Origin: an uncultured Bacteroidota bacterium
GTDB lineage: Bacteria; Bacteroidota; Rhodothermia; Balneolales; HLUCCA01
Length of the DNA: 64,000 nucleotides
Direction of reading: 5' to 3'
Assembly: GCA_947085565.1 (NCBI GenBank)
Contig: CAMTWZ010000006.1
Location: 66,207-130,206, forward strand
In this document: one piece after another, positions 1-6,751 of the stretch
Layout of the letters: each line of letters begins with the position of its first letter
Position numbering within the stretch: position 1 is the stretch's first letter
Notes under the pieces: model-generated
The model's input: the letters and a program-made list of their open reading frames with translations, nothing else
Database searches by the model: none
Told to the model about the DNA's origin: nothing
Made by a program: the position numbers and the translations under genes

Positions 1-1
1 T

Positions 2-1036
2 GTCACGATACCGCTTCATTCAAACGGAAACCGATGGAATCTGCTCGGAAATCCGTACGCATCACCGATTTCGGTGAGTGCGATCAGTTCGAACGGAGGG
101 TTCGTGCCTACGGTCCAAGTCTGGCAACCTGCGGGTAGCGGGTCGCTTGGAAGCTGGGTGTTGAGTTCTGATCCATCGCTGAACGGAGTGATCGCACCTT
201 GGCAAGCCTTCATGTTGCAAACCACGGAGCAGAATCCCGGCACGACGCTGACCATCCCGCTTTCAGCGAAAGCCTCCGGTGCAAGCGGCTTCTTCAAGGA
301 TGGTGAAATGGAAACGTATGCGATTCCCATCGAGTTGGTGAAGTTGGAAGGGAACCGAACACTGCGTCACGACCGCGGACCGATGATTGAATTCCGCACC
401 GTTCCCTCTCCGCATATCTCCCGATTGATGCCGTTGGATTCAGGCACTTCTTATGGATGGTTTCGCGGGTCGGAGAACCGTGAGGCGGCATTGTCTTCCA
501 TCGATGTGAATTCGCAAGAGGATGTCATCATCCCATACGATCTCCATCTTTCTGAAAGCGGAATATGGCGGATTCGTTGGAGTGATGAAATCCGCATACC
601 GGATCATTGGAGTGTCCGATTTCACGATCTCGAGTTGGGTGTGGAACTGGACCTTCGGGAATCCGAAGGATATGGATTTTCGCATGATGGCGCACAGCAA
701 AACCTGAGAGGACGCTTCCAGTTCGTGGCGAAGCGCATCGAATCGGTAGGATTCGCCTCAAGCACACGGCCTATTTCGACACGCTTGATCGGTTCATGGC
801 CGAATCCGTTCAATCCGACAACGGTGATCGGATATCAGGTTTCCGAACCCGGAGACATCCGGCTCAGCGTATATGACATCCTCGGAAGGGAAGTCGCAGT
901 GCTTGCGCAAGGAATACAAACTCAGGGATCGCATCATGTGGTCTTCGAAGCGACGTCACTAAGCAGTGGAGTGTATGTCGTCAGGCTTCAGTCTTCCGGA
1001 TCCACGGCGCATCACCTCATCACGTTGATAAAATGA
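2..1036 (+). CDS. secreted protein with T9SS C-terminal sorting domain, 5' end outside window
   Basis: The frame is open from nt 2, with no stop before the first ATG at 74, so the N-terminus is cut by the window edge. The C-terminus WPNPFNPTT..SVYDILGREVAVL..SGVYVVRL..ITLIK matches the T9SS CTD pattern shared by five other proteins here. Confidence 0.75.
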   Translation, partial: VTIPLHSNGNRWNLLGNPYASPISVSAISSNGGFVPTVQVWQPAGSGSLGSWVLSSDPSLNGVIAPWQAFMLQTTEQNPGTTLTIPLSAKASGASGFFKDGEMETYAIPIELVKLEGNRTLRHDRGPMIEFRTVPSPHISRLMPLDSGTSYGWFRGSENREAALSSIDVNSQEDVIIPYDLHLSESGIWRIRWSDEIRIPDHWSVRFHDLELGVELDLRESEGYGFSHDGAQQNLRGRFQFVAKRIESVGFASSTRPISTRLIGSWPNPFNPTTVIGYQVSEPGDIRLSVYDILGREVAVLAQGIQTQGSHHVVFEATSLSSGVYVVRLQSSGSTAHHLITLIK

Positions 1037-1191
1037 CCATGATACTCTTAATCTATCTGCTGCTTCAATTGCCGCCTCCAAGCCTTCCGAACGCTCCAAA
1101 TCAGGCCCCGATCGATGGAGGGCTCACCGCCCTTGCCATCTCCGGCGGCGCATATGCCTGGAAACGATTAAGGAAGCGGGAAAAGCCGTAA
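1033..1191 (+). CDS. 52-aa mini-protein: hydrophobic N-terminus plus PEP-CTERM-like tail (PIDGG, TM helix, KRLRKREKP)
   Basis: Hand translation gives MTMILLIYLLLQLPPPSLPNAPNQAPIDGGLTALAISGGAYAWKRLRKREKP. Its ATG overlaps the upstream TGA (ATGA) and it ends 9 nt before acyP, so it fills an otherwise unexplained 164-bp gap. It is too short for the ORF track. Confidence 0.35.
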   Translation: MTMILLIYLLLQLPPPSLPNAPNQAPIDGGLTALAISGGAYAWKRLRKREKP

Positions 1192-1200
1192 ATTGACGGC

Positions 1201-1491
1201 ATGAGTGAACACCATCTGAAAAGCCGTGCGGAGCTGACGCTGCACGGTATCGTACAAGGCGTCGGAATGCGGGCGTACGTGCAACGGCATGCCGCCGACC
1301 AAGGAGTGAAAGGGTACATCAAGAATCTGCCAGATGGAGACGTCCTCGTCGTGCTTGAAGGGGAAGAATTCCGTATCCAGTTTGTCGTGGATCGATGTGT
1401 GAGCGGACCACCTGCCGCCACCGTCACCAAAGCGACACTAAACTGGGTGGCCGCCAAAAACGAATTCGAGACCTTCCAGATCCGTCACTGA
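1201..1491 (+). CDS. acyP: acylphosphatase
   Basis: 96 aa. The motifs HGIVQGVGMRAYV and VKGYIKNLPDGDV are characteristic of the acylphosphatase fold. Confidence 0.85.
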   Translation: MSEHHLKSRAELTLHGIVQGVGMRAYVQRHAADQGVKGYIKNLPDGDVLVVLEGEEFRIQFVVDRCVSGPPAATVTKATLNWVAAKNEFETFQIRH

Positions 1492-2342
1492 GGCTGATAC
1501 CGGCGTCGATACTCTCCCGGTGTCATTTGTTTGCGTAAGTGGAAGATGCGGTTGAAATTCGACAAGTTGTTGAATCCGCATCCATAAGCGATTTCAGCGA
1601 TGGTTTGCCGGGTATGTATGAGCTGCTCCACGGAGCGCTGGATCCGCAAGCCGGTCACATGGTCGATGAAACTGCGCCGGTTCACCTGCTTGAAATACCT
1701 GCTGAAGGAGGTGGGAGTCATTCCGACGAGGGATGCGGCTTCCTGCAGACGAAGCTTGCGGTGAAGATTCTTGTGGATGTGCTGATAGACCAACTCGAGC
1801 CGCCCTTCGCCTTTTTGATCGTTCAAGGGTCGATAGGCCGAAGTGGCCAGTGTTCGTGACGGTAATTCAGCCAACCGATCGAGAAAAGAGAGGAGCCGGA
1901 AAAGTTGATCGATGCCGCGCCTGGCACCGATTCCGTTCATGGTTTCTTCCAAATGCGGCGGTGTCTCCAAAAACAGAACTCCCAACGCCGATTGCTGAAT
2001 CAAACGACGCAAGGAGGAGCATTCCGGCAATCCCAACAGGATTTCGTTCACAACTTGGGGCGGAAATTGCAAGACCACAGCCCGTTCGCCCTGATTGGGC
2101 GATTTTCCGGCGTCCGAATACCAGCAATGCGGCAGGTTGCTACCTACCAGGATCAATTCCCCGCGCTGATATTCGCCGATATCGTTTCCGATCCACCGCG
2201 CACCCTTTCCCTTGGCGATGTAGGTGAGTTCAAATTCAGGATGATAATGCCAATGGAAAGGGAAATTCGGCTGATTGACCTCCACATGGGAGACCGAACC
2301 GAGCGCTCCGGGCAGGGAGATGTGTTCGTAGGTGGCTTTCAT
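1485..2342 (-). CDS. AraC family transcriptional regulator (cupin sensor plus HTH)
   Basis: The C-terminus (IAEIAYGCGFNNLSNFNRIFHLRKQMTPGEYRR) is an AraC-type HTH; the N-terminus (FPFHWHYHPEFELTYI) is cupin-like. I moved the start to the internal ATG (MKATYEH) because 2343-2425 looks like an AT-rich divergent promoter. The longer start at 2408 is not excluded. Confidence 0.8.
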   Translation of the reverse strand: MKATYEHISLPGALGSVSHVEVNQPNFPFHWHYHPEFELTYIAKGKGARWIGNDIGEYQRGELILVGSNLPHCWYSDAGKSPNQGERAVVLQFPPQVVNEILLGLPECSSLRRLIQQSALGVLFLETPPHLEETMNGIGARRGIDQLFRLLSFLDRLAELPSRTLATSAYRPLNDQKGEGRLELVYQHIHKNLHRKLRLQEAASLVGMTPTSFSRYFKQVNRRSFIDHVTGLRIQRSVEQLIHTRQTIAEIAYGCGFNNLSNFNRIFHLRKQMTPGEYRRRYQPQ

Positions 2343-2364
2343 GAATAAAGATAAAATATCATCA

Positions 2365-2372
2365 TAAATTTG
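2365..2372 (+). promoter_or_regulatory. candidate Bacteroidetes-type -7 promoter element TAAATTTG
   Basis: Exact match to the TAnnTTTG -7 consensus described for Bacteroides sigma-ABfr promoters, about 54 nt upstream of the 2426 ATG in an AT-rich gap. Confidence 0.3.
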
Positions 2373-2425
2373 CAAAAAAGTGGAAGTCATGAGCGATTTG
2401 AATACCATAGTTTTATGCGCAAGTC

Positions 2426-3007
2426 ATGCCCATTCACAACGAATTTTACGAAACCATCAGGGTCAGTCGTCCGGAAATCGATCGCTTTAACAAGGATGGA
2501 TTCATTCACATGAGATCGGTTCTCACGCCTCGGACTTTTGCCTATATCGAAACCACGATCACTGCGGAGGTGAGGTCGCGCATGGCGCCGGTGAGCTCAT
2601 CCCAAGAGCAGACGACCTACCAAAAGGCCTTCAAACAGAACATGAATCTTTTGACCCTGAACGAGGTTGTGAAGGAGTTCGCGGAAGGTCGCTCGCTTCC
2701 GATTTCCGACGACAGCGAAGCCAGGCTTCAGACCCTGCTTACCGGGCAAGGCTTCGATCTGATCGAAGAACCGTTCGCATTGGGTGATATGAGTTTCCAT
2801 TCGGGATGGACCTATCACAGAGCCGGTTCGAACTCCACAGACACCGCCCGGAAACTGATGACTGTGATCTGCATGGATGCGGAGATGCGGCTTAAACATC
2901 CCGAAAATGATTTTCAGAATGCCGATTGGCAGGCTTGGTGTCCCGGTGCGGTTCCGGGTGAACCTATTCGAACACCATTGAACCCTGTTTTACATACCAG
3001 ATCTTAA
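2426..3007 (+). CDS. phytanoyl-CoA dioxygenase (PhyH)-like protein, apparently missing the catalytic core
   Basis: The N-terminus (IDRFNKDGFIHMRSVL) and C-terminus (GDMSFHSGWTYHRAGSNSTDTAR) resemble the two ends of the PhyH family. No HxD iron motif is visible and the protein is only 193 aa. Confidence 0.45.
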   Translation: MPIHNEFYETIRVSRPEIDRFNKDGFIHMRSVLTPRTFAYIETTITAEVRSRMAPVSSSQEQTTYQKAFKQNMNLLTLNEVVKEFAEGRSLPISDDSEARLQTLLTGQGFDLIEEPFALGDMSFHSGWTYHRAGSNSTDTARKLMTVICMDAEMRLKHPENDFQNADWQAWCPGAVPGEPIRTPLNPVLHTRS

Positions 3008-3037
3008 CGACTCTCTCTTGATAAAGTAGGACTGGGG

Positions 3038-3076
3038 CCCGTGTTGGTGTGACAGCCACACGGGTTATTTTTTTTA
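3038..3076 (+). terminator. rho-independent terminator
   Basis: Stem cccgtgt / acacggg, followed by the run ttatttttttt. Confidence 0.7.
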
Positions 3077-3153
3077 TAGAATCTTACAATAGCGCAATGC
3101 ATTCAGTGGTAATTTGAATTCGTTATTGGAGAAAACACAGTTCCATAAGTCCT

Positions 3154-3657
3154 ATGTCCTACGCCGTCAGAATCCCGTTAATCATGCTGCTTTTGATGGT
3201 CGCTTGCGGCTCCGGTTCGGAGCAAGCACCTGTGGACGCGGGCCAAGCCCAGCAGATTTCGCTCAAAGACGCGCAAACCCTGGCCAAGCAGACCGGAAAA
3301 CTCATCATTCTGGATGTGTTCACCACTTGGTGCGGGTATTGCCGGCAAATGGATGCGAAGACATATCCCGATTCGGCGGTTCAGGCAGTGATCGGCGATT
3401 CGTTCATCAGGGTCAGACTTGATGCCGAATCGAAAAAGAAAGTCGAATACAACGGTAGGACTTACACCGAAGAGGCCTTGGCCAAATCCATGGGCATCAC
3501 TTCTTATCCGTCAACCGTGTTCATCAACCCGGAAGGGAAGGCCATCGGCCATCAACCTGGTTACATGGATGCTCCCTTGTTCGCAAAATTGCTTCGTTTC
3601 GTAGCCAGCGGCTCTTATCAAACCACATCCTTCGAGACTTTCGAAGACAAGTTTTAA
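3154..3657 (+). CDS. thioredoxin-fold lipoprotein (CxxC)
   Basis: Lipobox LLMVAC, active site WCGYC, and the thioredoxin-like stretch SYPSTVFINPEGK. The stop abuts the dsbD start (TAAATG). Confidence 0.8.
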   Translation: MSYAVRIPLIMLLLMVACGSGSEQAPVDAGQAQQISLKDAQTLAKQTGKLIILDVFTTWCGYCRQMDAKTYPDSAVQAVIGDSFIRVRLDAESKKKVEYNGRTYTEEALAKSMGITSYPSTVFINPEGKAIGHQPGYMDAPLFAKLLRFVASGSYQTTSFETFEDKF

Positions 3658-5433
3658 ATGAAAACGTTATTCCTCACGCCGCTTTTCCTGCTTGCGGCGA
3701 TCAGTCTGAACGCGCAATCGTTCAGCGCCGGACGCGTCTCCGTAACGGTGAAATCCGAGCAGGAAACGGTCGTTCCCGGATCACAAGCCCGGGTCGCTGT
3801 GGTGATGGACATCCAAGACGGATGGCACATCAACTCCCATAAGCCCACCTTGGATTGGTTGATCGGGACCGAGTTGACATTGACCTATCCAGAGGGATTG
3901 ACACAAAGCAGAATCGTCTATCCGCCATTCAAGATTTTCAAATTCGCCTTCGCGGATGATGAACTGGCCGTATATGAAGGGGAAGCGCCGATTTTTCTGA
4001 CGTTGGATATCTCCGCGGAGCTTCCTCCCGGCGCATATGCCGTCGAGGGACGCTTACGCGTTCAGGCCTGCGACGACCAGACCTGTCTTCCGCCCTCCAA
4101 CATCCCCGTGGCCTTCACGGTAACCGTAGGCGATGCGATGGTCGCCTCGAAGGATGGATCGTATTTCGATGGCGCGGCGAGCGGCACTGCCGATGGAGGG
4201 TTCATCACCTTCGACCAAGCCGGTGAACAGAACGCCATCGCGCAGCTCATCGACGAAAGCGGTTTGTTGTGGACATTCATCACCATCTTTTTCATCGGCT
4301 TGGCGCTGAATCTGACGCCCTGCGTGTATCCGATGCTCACGGTCACCGTGTCCATCTTCGGAAACCAGACGGATAGTAACATCCTCCGGGTCTTCTCCAA
4401 AGCCCTGATCTATGTGCTCGGCATCGCCACGATGTACAGCGTTCTGGGTGTGCTGGCGGCCTTGAGCGGTGGCTTGTTCGGTAGCGTCTTGCAATCACCC
4501 TGGGTCTTGTTCGCCATCGGTGTGATGCTTTTCGCGCTGGCACTGAGCTCCTTCGGTGTGTATGAAATCACGCTTCCGTATTGGCTCACCAGCAAACTGG
4601 GAGGAACGCAGTCCACCGGCTTCATCGGCGTGTATCTGTCGGGATTGGTGGTGGGCGTGTTCGCCGCGCCGTGCATCGGTCCGCCGGTGATCGCTTTGTT
4701 GGCCTTCGTAGGCGCCAAAGGGGATGTCTTTTTCGGATTCTGGAGCTTTTTCATCCTCTCGCTCGGACTCGGACTCCCGTATCTCATCCTCGGCACCTTC
4801 AGCGGCCTGCTGACCAAACTTCCCCGTTCCGGCGTGTGGATGATCTGGGTGAAAAAGCTCTTCGGTGTGGTGCTCGTGGGCGTGGCCTTGTTCTACATCG
4901 GTTTGGCGTTCTTCCCGAAACTCACGGTGTGGGTCATTCCTGCGACCTTGCTCATCGGCGGCGTCTATCTCGGATTCATCGAACGAAGCGGCTTTAACCA
5001 ACCACGGTTCCGAACCTTCAAATGGCTCTTGGGTATCGCGGCGATCGTCTTCGGGGTGCACATGTCGAACGTTCTGCTCAAGCCGAGCGTGCAATGGACA
5101 CCCTACACCACCGAAGCGTTCGATGCGGCCCGTGCTGATGGAAAGCCGATCGTGTTGGATTTCTACGCCGATTGGTGCATCCCGTGTCTGGAATTGGACC
5201 GGAGCACCTTCACCGATCCGACCGTGATCGAGACCTTGGAGCCTTATGCGCGGTTCAAAGTGGATCTGACGAATTTCGATTCTCCGGAATCAGAAGCGCT
5301 GCGTCAGCAGTTCGATGTGGCGGGAGTACCGACGATTCTGTTCATTGACGCGAATGGCTTGGAACGGCAAAACTCGAGGGTGATCGGATTCCTTCCTCCT
5401 AAGGAATTTCTGAGTAGGATGGTAGGATGGTAG
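3658..5433 (+). CDS. dsbD: thiol:disulfide interchange protein DsbD (N-terminal domain, membrane core, C-terminal thioredoxin)
   Basis: Signal peptide, a multi-pass core with LNLTPCVYPM and AAPCIGP Cys motifs, and a C-terminal DFYADWCIPC thioredoxin. The last 6 codons and the TAG stop lie inside the 8-nt array. Confidence 0.85.
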   Translation: MKTLFLTPLFLLAAISLNAQSFSAGRVSVTVKSEQETVVPGSQARVAVVMDIQDGWHINSHKPTLDWLIGTELTLTYPEGLTQSRIVYPPFKIFKFAFADDELAVYEGEAPIFLTLDISAELPPGAYAVEGRLRVQACDDQTCLPPSNIPVAFTVTVGDAMVASKDGSYFDGAASGTADGGFITFDQAGEQNAIAQLIDESGLLWTFITIFFIGLALNLTPCVYPMLTVTVSIFGNQTDSNILRVFSKALIYVLGIATMYSVLGVLAALSGGLFGSVLQSPWVLFAIGVMLFALALSSFGVYEITLPYWLTSKLGGTQSTGFIGVYLSGLVVGVFAAPCIGPPVIALLAFVGAKGDVFFGFWSFFILSLGLGLPYLILGTFSGLLTKLPRSGVWMIWVKKLFGVVLVGVALFYIGLAFFPKLTVWVIPATLLIGGVYLGFIERSGFNQPRFRTFKWLLGIAAIVFGVHMSNVLLKPSVQWTPYTTEAFDAARADGKPIVLDFYADWCIPCLELDRSTFTDPTVIETLEPYARFKVDLTNFDSPESEALRQQFDVAGVPTILFIDANGLERQNSRVIGFLPPKEFLSRMVGW

Positions 5434-5439
5434 GATGGT
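5414..5439 (+). repeat. tandem array (GTAGGATG) x3.25, left arm
   Basis: Read directly: units at 5414-5421, 5422-5429 and 5430-5437, plus gt. It encodes SRMVGW-stop of dsbD and abuts the stop codon (5439-5441) of the four-helix-bundle gene. Confidence 0.95.
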
Positions 5440-5789
5440 TACTTCAGAGAGCGACGTAGGAAAAACAGCTGCTTAAGTATGACAACGATGGATGCATTGA
5501 GCTCGTCGTAGGTCGATTTGTCGAGATAACCGAGATCGTGCGACAGGAGTAGTTGATATTCCAATTCCAGTCCGGATCCATGTGCGATTTCTATAAATCG
5601 TTGAAAGTCGCGATCACTGTCACGTGATGATCCTTCGGCGATGTTGCAGGGAATGGACATGCTCGCTCGTCTAACTTGACTCGTGAGCCCATAGAGTTCA
5701 TTCTTGGGAAAATTTGATGAGACCGAATAGATACGTACTGTCAGCGCATGGCTTTCAGACCACACTTTCAATTTCTTATAGTTATTCAT
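5439..5789 (-). CDS. four helix bundle protein (23S rRNA intervening sequence protein / Avd-like family)
   Basis: MNNYKKLKVWSESHALTVRIYSV..FPKNELYGLTSQVRRASMSIPCNIAEGSSR..FQRFIEIAHGSGLELEYQLLLS fits the family pattern. Start set at the internal ATG by parallel with the paralogue at 9395-9766. Confidence 0.85.
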   Translation of the reverse strand: MNNYKKLKVWSESHALTVRIYSVSSNFPKNELYGLTSQVRRASMSIPCNIAEGSSRDSDRDFQRFIEIAHGSGLELEYQLLLSHDLGYLDKSTYDELNASIVVILKQLFFLRRSLK

Positions 5790-5837
5790 TGTGCCCCTTA
5801 GGATGGTGATATCTCTATAGATGCGATAAAGCACGAA

Positions 5838-5865
5838 TTCTTACTCGATTTGCACAGATTTAGGA
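5838..5865 (-). promoter_or_regulatory. conserved leader/promoter motif of the four-helix-bundle cassette (plus-strand TTCTTAC-N7-GCACAGATTTAGGA)
   Basis: The same bipartite 21 conserved nt recur at 9814-9841, 48-49 nt from the ATG in both cases. On the coding strand the motif contains TAAATCTG, one mismatch from TAnnTTTG. Confidence 0.5.
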
Positions 5866-5912
5866 ACGTTCGATATTGAGGTACTAAATACCATCTACTA
5901 ATTACTAATATC

Positions 5913-5952
5913 CATCCTACCATCCTACCATCCTACCATCCTACCATCCTAC
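5913..5952 (+). repeat. tandem array (CATCCTAC) x5, right arm (reverse complement of left arm)
   Basis: Five perfect units at 5913-5952. The last unit contains the stop codon (5949-5951) of the RluA-family gene. Confidence 0.95.
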
Positions 5953-6584
5953 TTCCTCTCAAATTCCATCCACTTTTTCGTGATCGGGTGGAAGAATCCG
6001 AGGCGGATGGCGCGCAGGGCGAGGTCGGTTCCGTCTGATTTTCCGTATTTCCCGTCGCCTTTGAGCGGACATTTCACATGCGCGAATTGCGCGCGGATCT
6101 GATGCGGGCGACCCGTTTCCAGCTCGATTTCCACCGTGGTGGTTTCTTTGTCTTTTTTGACGACCGTGTAATGCAGAACGGCGAGTTTGGCGTCGGCGCC
6201 GGGTTTGTTGTACACCACGACCTTGTTCTTGGTGTCGTCTTTCCAGATGTAATGTTTGAGAGTGCCGGACATTTCAGGTGGAGATCCCATCAGCACCGCG
6301 CGATAGGTCTTCTTGAAGATGCGATCGCGAACTTGTTCGGATAGGCGAGAGGCGGCTTTGCTCGTCCGGGCGAAGACCATGACGCCTGAAACGGGCTGAT
6401 CAAGACGATGCACCAAGCCGAGATAGACATCCCCTGGTTTATCGTATTTGAGCTTGATGTAATCTTTAAGCTCGGTAAGGAGGTCGGTGGTGGCGTGTCC
6501 ATCGGCTTGGGAGGCCATGCCTGCGGGTTTGTCAACGACGAGGAGGTGGTTGTCTTCGTAGATGACGGGGATGTTCATGTGCAT
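5949..6584 (-). CDS. RluA family RNA pseudouridine synthase
   Basis: Motifs LVVDKPAGM, HRLDQPVSGVMVFARTSKAA and GRPHQIR. Confidence 0.85.
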   Translation of the reverse strand: MHMNIPVIYEDNHLLVVDKPAGMASQADGHATTDLLTELKDYIKLKYDKPGDVYLGLVHRLDQPVSGVMVFARTSKAASRLSEQVRDRIFKKTYRAVLMGSPPEMSGTLKHYIWKDDTKNKVVVYNKPGADAKLAVLHYTVVKKDKETTTVEIELETGRPHQIRAQFAHVKCPLKGDGKYGKSDGTDLALRAIRLGFFHPITKKWMEFERK

Positions 6585-6751
6585 GGGAGAAATTCTAAAT
6601 GTTCAATTTTAAAGGTACGGGTCTTGAACCGCGCAGCACTCCCAAACTTAAAATTGTTCATTAATAATTGTCCGCCTGCCACCTTGTCAGCGTATCGCGC
6701 ATGGCACAGGTTTCGCAGTGGGAGTTGCAGAAACACATCAAAAGGAATCCC

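Larger units (their letters stand above)
5414..5952 (-). other. IVS-like cassette 1: four-helix-bundle gene and leader bracketed by inverted 8-nt arrays (putative insertion module)
   Basis: The inverted arrays enclose only this gene. The cassette exactly fills the junction of convergent dsbD and rluA-like genes, and its interior looks more AT-rich than the flanks (by eye). Confidence 0.5.

Noticed and set aside
3114-3422. A 102-aa ORF overlapping the thioredoxin-fold gene in another frame.
   Set aside because: Its composition is Arg/Gly-rich. The overlapping frame has a lipobox and a CxxC thioredoxin motif.
5439-5789. The four-helix-bundle proteins are Avd-like, so is this a diversity-generating retroelement?
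   Set aside because: No reverse transcriptase ORF is present, no template/variable repeat pair with A-specific mismatches was seen, and no target gene lies adjacent to either copy.
6623-6648. Heat-shock control elements upstream of clpB: the sigma32-like CTTGAA ... CCCAAACT, and a CIRCE-like half site (agcactc).
   Set aside because: The spacer is only 12 nt and the -10 differs from CCCCATNT. Only one CIRCE half is present, with no inverted partner (GAGTGCTAA).
6668-6751. An upstream start for clpB (MSACHLVS..).
   Set aside because: The Clp N-domain begins at MNLNKFT. The upstream 28 codons have no counterpart in ClpB proteins and lie in the promoter region.
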